From assembly GCA_002633005.1 (NCBI GenBank), contig NMRA01000386.1:15184-79183 (forward strand): a stretch of 64,000 bases of DNA, written 5' to 3'. The DNA is from Phoronis australis. Lineage: Eukaryota; Animalia; Phoronida. Below are positions 23,565 through 36,122 of the stretch, piece after piece (positions within the stretch are counted from its first letter, which is position 1; each line of letters starts with the position of its first letter). The notes beneath the pieces are model-generated. The model did no database searches, had not been told where the DNA came from, and was given only the letters and a program-made list of their open reading frames with translations. Position numbers and translations under genes: made by a program.

Positions 23565-26500
23565 TTTTTTTAATAATGTTTATTGCGAAATCTTCGATAC
23601 AATGAATATACATAACCCAGAAAGCGCCAAGAGGCATTATATCTAGGTTAATAAAGTACAAAGAAATCTATATATAATTATTTTAAACAAATACATGAAA
23701 AAGAAATCTGTATACAATTATTTTACACAAATACATAAATTAAAAAAAAACTGTTGTTAAGATTACAATGACATATGATTTCCGAAATTAAATAAATCAT
23801 TTTCATTCACATTTATACAATTCTATCCACTCACACAAAGAGATTTAATATTATAAAGAAATTTTGATACTATTTCGAATAAAACCTTATTTTCATTTTG
23901 GTTGAGTTCTTGACTTTCATATAGAAAAAAATAATTTTGTTGTACACTTGCGGAATTTCAAAATATCTTTATAAATATTGGGGTATTGTTCGAGTGTCTG
24001 GAAAAGCTGTACCCTCTGCTCCTTGCATACCTCACAAGCAAAGAAAACATAAGCATTTGTCTGTGCGTCTCCACAGCAACACCGATGCGAAATATTATTA
24101 AAATTATGTCTAAATTTCTCGTTGTTTAGGAATAGACCGCATCTTGATCTGTAATGGATTATTTCGTGGTTGCGAGAAAGTTGAAACGATGTCAACTCTT
24201 GAGTAGTAGTATGCATTTTAAAGTTATTTCTTAGAATGACGATTGAAGTGCTTTCTTTTGTTTTGGATGGAAAGGAATTCCAGTTGTCCATACAAGTTAA
24301 TACGGTAGATTTCCTGAAGGCTTGGCTGAGAGAAGATTTAATAGTGTGCATATTACTTTGGCGCAGTCCTGGTCTCGTGTTAGGTCTTTTGTAGGAGTCA
24401 AAGAGGAGTAATTGTTTGTGTTGGTTAAGACTTTGAATGTAAACATGGACAGTTGGAGTTTACGACGGGTTGCTTGTTTACTCTAGTTGAGACTGTTTAG
24501 AACCTTGATTGTGTTGGATCCTTTGTATGCCCCTGTTATGGCTAAAGCTGCTTGGTATTGTAGTCTTTCTAATTGGAGAAGTATGCCAGCGTTTGCCGAT
24601 TGGTAGATTATGTCACAGTAATCTAGATGTGGAAGTACAAAAGACTTGAACAGAGTTTCAATGTGAATGGAGTTGAGATGACGAGAGACAATTCTAATTG
24701 AATTGATTAATTTTTGTACTCTGTGAACGAGTTCGCGACACTGAGGAGTAAAAGTAAGCTTATGGCCTGGTAGCAATCCAAGGTGTTTGTGTGTGAACTT
24801 ATTGGGAATAACTTCCCCATTGCGTGATAATTCCAGCATTGGATTTGCTTGGAAATGAGTATTATTAGACTTAGAAAATATAAGATCAACACTTTTTTCT
24901 GGTTTAAATTTCATCTTCAATTTGAAAGACCAGTCATAGAGTTTGTTTAGGTCAGTTTGCAATTGTAAGGAGTCATGGGGATGCGCTTTTGAGAACGGGT
25001 GGAAAATTGCAGTGTCATCAGCATATAAGTATGGTTTAGAGCTTATCGTGTCTGGATGATCATTGATGTACAGTAAACAGAGTAAGGGTCCTAGTACGCA
25101 ACCCTGTGGTACTCCAGCATTTACAAAGCCTGGCGTTGATGAAGGTGATAAGACACCCTCAATTCGGACACTGTAAGTTCAATTTTCCAGATACGATTTT
25201 AAAAGTAAGAGGAGAGTGCCTGAGAAACCGTAAGATTGTAATTTATGTAGAAGTAGGTCTTCGGGAGCGACATCAGAAGCTGACGCAATGTCTAAAAATA
25301 CGGATCTCACGTTGTACCCTTGCTGGAGGTGAATGTCATGTACAATTTCTGTAAGTTGGGAAACAGTGCTGTTACCAGGCATGCATCCAAATTGGCAACG
25401 ATATATGAGGTTTTGTGAAGAGAGGTGATCAAACATGTGGTGAGAAATGATTTTTTCCAAAATTTGGAATAAGGTAGTAAGTAGAGTTATGGGGCAATAG
25501 TTGGCAATGTCTGTTTTGGAGTACTTTTTGTGTATTAGTATCATAACGCCTAGCTTCCAGTTCGAAGGAAGTTTTCCAGATTGTAGTATTTTGTTGTATA
25601 ATGTTGTCATAGGAAGTGTAAGCTCTCTTGCCATTATCTTGATCATGTTATTGGTTATGAGATTGGTACCGTCGTTTTTGTTTTTGTCAATGTTTTCTAA
25701 TAGTTTTGTGACTTCAGATGGTTGGGCTTCTATGTAAAAGAGGTGTTCTAATGTTCTGTTTGGGGATTCAGGAAAGTTTATTGTTGGTGCAATGTGACTC
25801 TTGGCGGTGAAGCAGTCTAGAAATAACTTACTTTTATCAGCTTTGGATGACGTCTGTGAGTTGGAATCCTTTGAGTGGATGGTTGAGTGTGATGATTGTT
25901 TTACCTATCCTCGAATTTTGTTTACTATATCCCAATATTCCTTAGAATTTTTGGAGACATTTTTGATATTGGAGATAACCTTTATCTTATAGTATTGTTT
26001 TGTCTTTTTAATTAGTTCTTCCACACTCTTGCACTGTTCTTTGTAGCACTTGAACGTGCATGGGTTATTTGATCTTCTGAACGATCTGTACAGTTTATTT
26101 CTCTTATTTATTTCATACTTAATGTTATTGTTAAACCACGGTTTGTTCTTGTTTTTTATTGTTTTCATGGTTGATGGGATATTATTATCTAATATTTTGT
26201 AGAGTGATTGTGTGAATAGTGAGACTGCATCATTTATGTCGCTTTTGTTAATTATTTCAGTCCAGTTGAATGTGGTTATGTCAGAGCGCAGTTTGTCCAT
26301 GTTAGTGAGGTTGTAATTCCAGATCTTCTTCATAATGTCCGGTTCTTTAGATGTGCAGTTGAGTGTGAATGTTGTTTCTATAACGTGGTGGTCTGAGTTA
26401 CCAATGGGAGGCCTTACAAAAGTGGATTCAATTAATCCGAGATTGTTTGTAATACATAAATCAATGCAAGAATCTGAATACTCTGTTAAGCGTGTCGGCT

Positions 26501-27420
26501 CGTTTATTAGTTGTATACAGTCATTTGTGAGGAGAATATTGAATAACCGGCTTGGTTGTCATTGTCTTCTGAGTACCAAGTACTGTTTCTTGCGTTGAAA
26601 TCCCCGTTGATAACAATTGTTTCATTAGTTTGTGAGAGTTCTGGCAATTGTTCTGAAAAGGTTTTGAAATATGTTTTCCTTTCGTGGGACGTCTGTGAGG
26701 GTGAGCGATTGAAAAAACCGTAATATATCTTTTTGTGGTTGACATAAAGTTTAATTCAACAGTTATTCATTGATTGTATAATTTTATCATCAATTGTTTT
26801 GTAATTTACGGAGTTGGTGACAAACAAGATCAACCCCCTCCCGGCGTTAATGTGGTGGACAATGTTGTATTCTGGAATAATAAGTGCGCTGATGTTGTCT
26901 TCGGACAGTGTTCCGGATTCACATATGGCAATGACCATGTAATTGTTGTCTGTAATAAATTGCTTGAGAAGATCAAATCTTGAAAGATTGTTCGCCTTGA
27001 TACTGTTGATAGTAGTGAATAAGACCTTGAAGCTGGCCAAACCCTGAGTCCCTGGTCCTGGATTGACCTCTATGTCACCAGCAGTCAAAAGGCTTTGCTC
27101 AATGATAACTCCGATATCACAACGTGAGTTCCTCATTGTGTTGTAAACATTACGTTAGTACGCAGTTCGGGTTCTATTTCGTAGGCGAAAAGCAGTACGT
27201 GGGGTATTTTTGTTTTCCAGACACCCGGACAATTATAATTATTATGTCTGTAATTAAATACTGATAAATTCATACAGTTCATACTTAACATGCTTATCTT
27301 ACAAGAGAAAAAGAAGTATATACAAGTGGGTGAATAGGCTAAAAGTAATGAAGTAAGGACAAAAGCTATGAACACTAGGGTAGGCATGAAAATTCCCACC
27401 ATCACTAATTCAATTACATT
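23565..27420 (-). mobile_element. Near full-length decayed non-LTR retrotransposon (CR1/L2/Crack-type: APE + reverse transcriptase)
   Basis: Fragmented ORF2: LLTAGDIEVNPGP, an APE start (INSI...VIAICES), KPWFNNNIK...KRNKLYR, WKLG...IHKK...NYCPITLL, GVPQGCVLGPLL, YLYADDTA (~25010-25033), HKHLGL, FVLPHLDYCDIIY. The 3' end has a stem-loop, AATAAA and an A tail. It carries many frameshifts and stops. Confidence 0.95.
27053..27076 (-). other. 2A-like ribosome-skipping (StopGo) motif DIEVNPGP
   Basis: ORF 26756..27136 contains EQSLLTAGDIEVNPGP, an exact match to D(V/I)ExNPGP, directly before the APE domain. Confidence 0.8.
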
Positions 27421-28459
27421 GAGTTAGGCTAAATCTTGCATATAGAAAACTGATGGAATAGTGAAATGGATTGGCTTACTACGGATGTGATATTAATTCA
27501 ATTAGATGAGATTCAACGGGGTAGACAATTTCTACATATTTAGAACATTAATACTGTACTTTAGGATGAAAATATATTGCCAATTACATTGTCTTATTAC
27601 GCATGACGGTGCCCGAGTCAAATAGAGCTCTGAGTCAATCTACTCGTTTGGTCGCTTTTAGCTTGAACGTCAATGGTGATTAAAATTGGAACAACCTAAA
27701 AAGCAAAGGTAACTCATGAATTGACTCACACTTGATGGAAGTCTTGATCTGTAGATGAAAATGAGTCACTGAGGTAACATACATGTACATGTACATGTAT
27801 CTGAATGACACAACTACAGTTGTCAAGTTCAGTGTAGTTTCATAATCATGACACATATGAGACGTGAAATTCTTTAAAAAATATGCATTACTAAGATAAA
27901 AGATGTTCTGATTTCACTCCTCGTTGTTTCATTGTTATTAGGAAGTCATGCGTGTAGGCTGTAGCTAATTTACCCAGAATTGCATTTGAAGTACTTTATC
28001 ACTTGCAAAATCAAAATTCAAGGGAGTTGTACTTTTTGCTGCACCGAGTTTACCCGTGGGCCGAAAGCTGTAATGCCAATATCAAAATCAAAATTTATCG
28101 GCAAGAGCTCACTCGTTTTGACTTTGTTTGAGCACATAATTATGTTATTGGGTCACAGGTTTTTTCACAGAACGACTTGTAAGCATACGTCGGCACGTTG
28201 TCACTTCTACTAGGCTCTAAATTTATATTAACAGAGTATGCAGTGGCCTTTTGGTAACCACAATTTATGGCACTCTGACATAAATCCTATTTTTGGGCAA
28301 ATAACATTCTACAGCCCTTCATCCTTCGTATCCAACTCCTAGTTAGTTCCTACCATATCCGATGGTAGCGCTGTTTGTTCTTTTTCTCCAGCTTCCTGTT
28401 GGCCCAGCCTCAAGCAACAGTACATTTACCCGTAAGTTTTCCCAATTAGACAATTTGAC

Positions 28460-28885
28460 ACCTCTCCGCACAAACTGAGCCACAACTCTACGTTCCTTAC
28501 AATATTTTTTATCACTCCGGCTGGTCTGCTCACTCAGCTTGTCCGGAACCTGCTTTGCAGGTTGTTATAGCCCAGTTGGCTGTTTGATGTACCCACTTGG
28601 TATTTATTATATGATATTTGCCCATTTGGCAGTTGTACCCATTTGGTACTTGTCATTGAATTTGCCTTTTTGCTCGACTCACTTGGTAGGCAATCAGTCA
28701 ATACCCAGTTGGTATTATGTACCCATTTGGTACTATGCTAACCTGTGTCACTAAGTTTCCGATACTCAATTACACATTGGGTATCGTAAATGTGTGTGTT
28801 ATCTCTTGTAATTAAGGAACCCATCTGGTTCCTTCTGTGAAATATTCATTTGTAGAGCTGTGACCCTGAAATTCCCAATACAACC
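28460..28885 (+). repeat. Dispersed repeat; second copy at ~58510-58947
   Basis: Shared long blocks such as ccgatactcaattacacattgggtatcgtaaatgtgtgtgttatc and agagctgtgaccctgaaattcccaatacaa, plus internal tacccacttgg sub-repeats. Confidence 0.85.
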
Positions 28886-29946
28886 TAAAATATATATTAT
28901 TGTTGTTGTTTTATTTGTCCCCAATAACGAAAAGTGTGCGCGAACTTGCTGGTTTCTCTTGAAAATATATCGCTTTCAGCCGTACAGGCCACTTGGGTAT
29001 CTGCCACTGGTTGCAATCCTCTATTAGTTTGATGTTTTCCATATCGACTGATTAATTGTAAAAAAAATCATGTAAGTGCTACATTACATGTTTCATGTTT
29101 TTGAAAATAGTCACATTTTTTCGCTTCTTTATATATTAGTCATCGCATTTAGAAAAGTGCAATTTGCTCCGTTTGTTTACACGGCGAGCACCGTGTCACG
29201 TGACTAGAAACACTTTCCAATATGGCGTCAAGTTGTCATCTGGAGTAGCGCGTGTGCGCCGAATCTATGCGATGTCTATCATAACAATAGTTATATAGGT
29301 GAACCCACTGTGGTGGATAGATTTAAATGTATAATTATACGGGAGCAGATACTGTAGCGGCTGCAACTATACTTGTACAAGTTAACACTCTCCGATGCAC
29401 CCTCTCTGGAACAACTTCCTCTGCAAATTTATATTTGTCACCGGACATCGACAGTAAATTGTTGTGCACATTTTCACGTATCAAACTGTTTAACGGATGA
29501 TAAAAGTGCAATTTAAGTAAGAAGGTGTTAGTAATTAATCAAACAATGATACTTTTTTACAACCCTTTGCTTCCCATTTCTGGTTCGGCCCTTCCCTGAT
29601 CAAAAGTTTCAAAGTATTCGCAGCAGATATCCAAGCTTCAAACTGGATGATAAGGTCAATTGCAGCTGACATGTATATGACACCCAACTACAAAGTGACA
29701 GGGGCGAAGATATATGTGTTGCTTCCCACAGAGAACCAAAATCGAGTGAACATTCGAACCTATTTTGCCATCTTGACAAAACGGGCTGAGGACGGGTGGT
29801 CTAAGGATCTGTTTACTTGATTCAAGTGATACACAAGCTCTCAATGACATCAACATATTATTCGTGAAATTGGACAATTGTATTTAGTAGTATGAATCGT
29901 TTATTCTGACATGACATCTTCTACATTCGATTGGTAAGGTCATTCA

Positions 29947-30033
29947 CTAGCAAGCAGACCCAGCCTTCATCCGTATCAAGTCGAGAGCAGTGTCAAATCC
30001 ATACGGTAGCTTCATGCTGGCCTGGAACACCAC
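29947..30033 (-). CDS. CUB-MAM protein, terminal exon, proximal copy A
   Basis: atttcattgcag|GTG...TGC TAG, 87 nt. VVFQASMKLPYGFDTALDLIRMKAGSAC*; same length, phase and stop position as 17100-17186. Confidence 0.88.
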   Translation of the reverse strand: MVFQASMKLPYGFDTALDLIRMKAGSAC

Positions 30034-32460
30034 CTGCAATGAAATGCTTACATAGTAACACAGCCTATAAAGCCGACTTCCACCAAAACAATTATCGTTG
30101 TCATTTTCACTGTTGCTGTATTCCGCGATAAAAGACAGACGCACATTTCCAAGTTACGGTCGTCTGCCGGGACTATTTGCACGCTAACAACGGAACCGAC
30201 CAGTGCCGCGATACCATGGATTTTGTCGTAGATATTTGATAGTAAGGACAATATTTTTTTCCACCACAAAGTTTGTTAAGTTGATCGTCTAAGAATTAGT
30301 AGAAACATCGCTGTTTTGTGACGTTCTATGATTAGTTATGCAGTGGTCCGAAACTTTCTTCCGCACAGCCGGAAATTTGTAAAAGTAGCCGAAAATATTA
30401 GCCAATGAAACTCGTAAAAGATCGATTCTGCATTATCCCATGTTCGTGCGACATGCTTACAAACTGGGGAGGGTCTGTTCTGGGATAGCGTTCTTTTGAA
30501 CTTGATTTGGCAACAACCAACTAACGGTTGGATTCACACGAGTTGCGACATATTTTCCAGGTTTCTTCCGAGAAGTGTAAAAACTCAGCTCGTAAACGCT
30601 GGAAATTCTGGGTACTATTTTGCAACTTGATACGAGCTGGCAAAAAACTCAGCTTGCATTTCCAAATTTCAGGTGGCAAATGCGACCTGCAGCTCGTTAT
30701 ATCGAGCCCTGATCATGGTATTTGTCAAACGGAGGAAAGCGGTTCACACACTTAACGCCTTATTTCTCGGATTTTTTAATGAAATTCTATCAAATGTTTC
30801 AGCTCGAATTTATTGATATGTCCCTATGTGCTTTCCATTGTTTTTTTAACATGGGTAATTTCTTGGTACAGTCGACTCCCGGCAAAAGGAGTTCCTGGAA
30901 TCAGGTAATAAGTTTCTTTATTGTTGAAGTGTTCTTGCGATGTTTTGTTGGCGCGCACAGGTCACAAGCCAATTGCGTATCTGGCATTATAGTATACAAA
31001 CGACCCTTGGTAACCACAACAGAAAAAGGTATTTGGCTTATATTTATCATGTCTTCCGGGAGCAAACGACATTAACAAAAATTTCCACGGAGAATCCAAT
31101 TCTGGAAGCCAGTTTGATAGAAAAACACCTGTTTTTGTCCACGATAGTTTAGTTCATTCCAACCAGTGTTTTATTGCCATGGACATTTCGTTAATGCAAT
31201 GTAATTGTCCTGCCCCACGCAAAAGGAGCAAGACCCAAGATTCTGATGCTGGCGGGTTTTGTTTGCCACCTTATGGAGCCCACCGAAGGTGGGGGGGGGG
31301 GGCTAAACAGGTGCAAAGAGGTGCTCACTACGCCACTGGATTGCCTACTGTCATTTCATCTCCATTACACACTACGATCATCTACCGTCGATAAAACATG
31401 CAATACATGTTTATGGCAAATACTAGGAAAGCACTGCTAGGTCATTTAACTCCAACAGGGACACTTGATCTTGTGGTTTTTGAATCGAAGATGCCGGGAG
31501 GCACCAATTCGGCCTGTCTAAATTGAGCCAATTAGTATCCACCGTGAAATGTTGAAGTCAATATCTCGTTCAGATTTTTTTCTCGGAGGTCTTGGGTGCT
31601 CAGGGTAGAGACACTTTTTGCTCGAGTCAAAACCGGGATCGAATTATCTTTGGTGCATATAAGATATGATTTGACACCAGTATGAAGGGTCCTGGTCAGT
31701 CACAGATTTACCTATCCTGGCTATTACGAGCTCATCCTCTGCCACTGCCCTTGATTTATGAGGTACATTGCAGCATCTCAAATGTTCTTATCATAACTGA
31801 CCAAAGCCACAAAGCTTTTGTTATCGAACTTGTTTGATGAAAACTTTCAAAACGAACACTTTATTTTGCCTTTAAGAATTTAATAGTCTCTTACACATTC
31901 AAACTCCAAGGATTTATTTCCATTAAATTTACCTGCAATTGTCAAATAAATGATGATGGAAGAAAACAAAAGGGTTACCTAAGCAAATTTTATATATACT
32001 CAAACTTAATGTCAACTGACTCACTGGCAAAGGTCATCGGGTTTTCTTTTGATACTGATCACGTAATATATCCAGAAAACAACTTGTTTTCAATTGAAAA
32101 CCTGACTTGCCTTTTAAAACAATTTGAAGCAGATTTCTCATTCAAAATTTCGCTCACTTTGTCTGCAAACTATGCTCATTATCTCAGCTTAGCTGCGGTA
32201 TTTGCACAGCGACAACGCCAATGGCCGAGTCATAGTGCCATTGTTTTTAGAATGACGTGGTCCATGTTTACGCTGCCGAGTCAGTGACAGTAGTGTCGTC
32301 TTCTACTGTATAATTTGTCCTTCCCGTGATAGAGGCATTATTTCATAATGCACTTTCCCTCACTGTTTCACAGGTTGTCCGGGTGGATTGCAAACGCATT
32401 ACTACTCATACAGTGTATGGCCGTTCTCGAACATTTGAACCAATATTTATTCAGCCCTAC

Positions 32461-32636
32461 CTGAATGATGTCCTTTCGCTTCACTCGGACTCTGGCCTGG
32501 TGCCATTGGTGTTGCTGCCTTCCGTAATTGTCCCAGACGATCCGCTTCCTTCCTTTGTTGTCCACTACGAGAACCTCCAAAATTCCGAAAGTGGAGCCAT
32601 GCATATAGTACCACCAACTCAGGCAGAACCGCTGTG
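32461..32636 (-). CDS. CUB-MAM protein, penultimate exon, proximal copy A (MAM core)
   Basis: ctgttacag|CA CAG...ATT CAG|gtaggg, 176 nt, phase 1-0. (A)QRFCLSWWYYMHGSTFGILEVLVVDNKGRKRIVWDNYGRQQHQWHQARVRVKRKDIIQ. Confidence 0.92.
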
Positions 32637-32821
32637 CTGTAACAGTTTTGATCGTAGTGATTATTACACACAAATGTAGGAGTCGAGGGACAGGAGGCAA
32701 CTGCCCCCCAATAATTTTTAGGCGTCAGAGAGCGTGGCTGGGGTCAGGGAGCAGTCAAGGAAAAACAGCAAACATGTATTCAACTTCTGGTGCTGGAATT
32801 GTTGTGCAGATTCTAAAAAGC

Positions 32822-34800
32822 AATTTTTAATGTTTATTACGAAATATTCAATAAAATGAATGTACATAACCCAGAAAGCCCCAAGAGGCATTATATCTGG
32901 GTTAAACATATACAAAGAAATCTATATAAAATTATTTTACACAAATACATAAATTAAAAAAAAGATGTTAAAATTATAATGACATATGATTACTAATGTA
33001 AATAAATCAAATCCATACACATACATACTGTTCTATCCACTCACACAAAGGGATTTGATATTATAAAGACATTTTGATACTATTTCGAATAAAACCTTAT
33101 TTTCATTTGGGTTGAGTTCTTGACATTCAGATAGAAAAAAAATTGTTGTACACTTGTGAAATTTCTGTATATTTTTGTAAACATTGGGGTATTGTGTACG
33201 GAAAAGCTGTACCCTCAACTCTAGCATTTGTCTGGGTGTCTTCACAGCAGCACAGAGGCTAAATATTATTAAAATTATGTCTAAATTTCTCGTTGTTTAG
33301 GCCGCATCTTATATGTATAGGATTATTTCATGGTTGCGAGGAAGTTGGAACGATGTCAATGGTATTAGAAACTCTTGAGTAGTGGTATTTTTGAGAGTGA
33401 CGATTGAAGTGCATTCTTTTATTATGGATGGTCAGGAATTCCAGTTGTCAATACAAGTTAATATCGTAGATCTCCTGAAGGCTTGGCTGAGGGAAGATGG
33501 AATAGTGTGCATATTACTTTGCCGTAGTGCTGGTCTCGTGTTTGCTCTTTTGTATGAGTCAAAGAGGATTTGTTTGAGTAATTGTTTATGTTGGTTAAGA
33601 CTTTGAATGTATACATGAACAGGTGGAGTTTACGACAGGTTGCTAGTTTGCTCCAGTTGAGACTATTTAGAACCTTGATTGTGTTGGACCCTTTGTATGC
33701 TCCTGTTATGGCTAAAGCTGCTTGGTATTGTAGTTTGCCGAGTGGTATATTATGTCACAGTAATCTAGATGTGGAAGTACTGTACAAAAGACTTGGACAG
33801 AGTTTCAAGATGCATGGAGTAGAGATAACGAGAGACAATTCTAATTGGATTGATTAATTTTTGTACTTTATGAACGAGTTCGCGACAGTGAGGAGTAAAT
33901 GTAAGCTTATGGTGAAGTAGCAAGCCAAGATGTTTGTGTGTGAACTTATTGGGGATAACTTCCCCACTGAGTGATAATTCCAGTGTTGGATTTGTTTGGA
34001 AATGAGAGTATTATTAAACTAAGGAAATATGAGATCAACACTTTTTTCATGTTTAAATTTCATCTTTCATTTGCAAGACCAGTCATAGAGTTTGTTTAGG
34101 TCAGTTTGCAATTGTAAAGAGTCATGGGGATGCTCTTTTGAGAATGGGTAGAAAATTGCAGTGTCATCCCCATATAAGAATGTTTTAGAGTTTATTGTGT
34201 CTGGAAGATCATTGATGTACAATAAAAAGAGTAAGGAGCCTAGTACACTACCCTGTGGTACTCCAGCATTTAGGAAGCCTGGCGTTGATGAAGGTGATAA
34301 GACACCCTCAATTCGGACATTGTAAGTTCACTTTTCCAGATATGATTTTAAAAGTAAGAGGAGAGTGCCTGACTAACCGTAAGATTGTAATTTATGTCGA
34401 AGCAGATCATGGGGAACGACATCAAAAGCTGACGCAATGTCTAAGAATATGAATCTCACGTTGTACCCTTGCTCAAACTGGAGGTGGATTTCGTGTACAA
34501 TTTCAGTAAGTTGGGACACAGTCATGTTACCAGGCATGGATCCAAATTGGCGACAAAATATGAGGTTTTGTGAAGAGAGGTGGTCAAAAACGAGTTGAGA
34601 AATTATTTTTTTTTTAAATTTTGGATAGGGTGTTAAATAAAATTATGGGACGATAGTTGGCAATGTCTGTTTTGGAGTTCTTTTTGTGAATTGGTATCGT
34701 AATACCCAGTTTCCAGCTCAAAGGAATTTTTCCAGATTGTAGTATTCTGTTATAAATGTTGTCAAAGGAACTGTAAGCTCTCGTGCTATTATCTTGATCA
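32822..34800 (-). mobile_element. 5'-truncated copy of the same LINE family (RT + 3' end)
   Basis: Colinear with 23565-25646 and truncated at ...attatcttgatca (34800). Its 3' stem-loop has a perfect 9-bp stem, taacccaga (32867) / tctgggtta (32904). Confidence 0.93.
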
Positions 34801-36122
34801 TTCTAGTTTTTATGAGCAAATTCTACCACGTTTTTAAATTCAGAACTTCACGGCAGTTCCCCAGGGACTCCATTTGTCACATTTTCCGGTGTTTTTGAGC
34901 AGGCTCCCAATCTTGGACTAAATTGTCTAAATGTTAATAATTTTATGGAATTGGATAACTTTTTATGTTAAAGATGGCCTCCTCCTGAAATACTTTAAGG
35001 AGTGGTAGTGGGCAACCCTGGTTACCATAGCAACCCAAAAGACGACACTTTGCTCCTAAAGACCAAAAAGCTCCAAGAGCTGGAGCCCATCATGAATTAT
35101 CAGAGGACAGGCTATTCCTACCAACGTTCAAGAAGGAGTTGGACCCAAAGTACAACTGACCTGTGTGTTGTCTAATTTTGATGAGAATCACTGATACCAT
35201 TACCAACAAAATGACAAAATTGAAATAAACAATGAAACAAGGTTTGATATAATAACACTTAATTAAAACTCAACAAGGCGGACAATGCGCTAAAATCTCG
35301 GACTCGCGAACTCTTAAACTTTTGAAGTTCTCATTTCAGTTATTCCATTCCTATTTTTTGTTGTACTTCCGTTGACGTTACACCAAGCGATTACTTGACA
35401 TGTTTTGTTTTATATTTTTTCTCACAAAGATTATCAGCATACTCCTAAAAGGAAGATTTAAGACCGGCGGGCAATTTTGCGCTTGTATAACTTCACAATT
35501 TCCTGTGCTGTTTTGTTCCAGTCGGCATATTTTATTTGCTCTAAGGTACTTTCGTGTAAACGAAATTAACTTTAGATATTGAGGGACACACGGCAACCGC
35601 TAGCCCAGACTCCGAGCGCTCGGACACCCGTACAAATTGACGACAACATGCGATCACGTGAAAAGTGCAAGCGCATGAAAATCAACTTTTGATTGAGACC
35701 ACTTACTTTTATGACGTTGGTCTGTTATTAGAGACTATTGCAGGGCTTCGAAAGAACTAGCAGTTGGTTGCAACTATGCTTTAAATGTTGGCTTGTCAAT
35801 CAACATTTGATACGTCGAGCAGAGTGTCAAACCTGCATGTAATATGTCATTTGTGCGAGGAACAAGTTGATACTCACTTCGCAAACATACCTATGACTAA
35901 CTTAAAACTTCGTTTCTTGGACACAGCGATGATTTGCAGACGTTTAAACTACAGAGGCTACTTAGCACTGTTGACGCAGATGGAAGATCAAGACATTCTA
36001 ATATTCATTTAACTCTGATATTCGTTGCAAAAACGTGAAGTGACGTATTTATTGGTACAGATTTTTGTTCCCTTAACACCTACGGAAGGCAATGGGAGAC
36101 GACATCACCAGTCTTGCCTCTT

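Larger units (their letters stand above)
29285..35580 (-). repeat. Segmental duplicate A (proximal) of the 3' end of the CUB-MAM gene
   Basis: Paralog of 16420-22260, interrupted by a different set of insertions (LINE at 32822-34800). Confidence 0.88.

Noticed and set aside
21718-29900. A second complete MAM gene copy feeding cassette B
   Set aside because: No exon resembling CSF..CGW..DFDW or TP..TGP..YIY was found; the interval is LINE, microsatellite and dispersed repeats.
16420-35580. Duplication as an uncollapsed haplotype or assembly artefact
   Set aside because: About 47% amino-acid divergence and different TE insertions are too much for ordinary alleles; long-read confirmation is still advisable.
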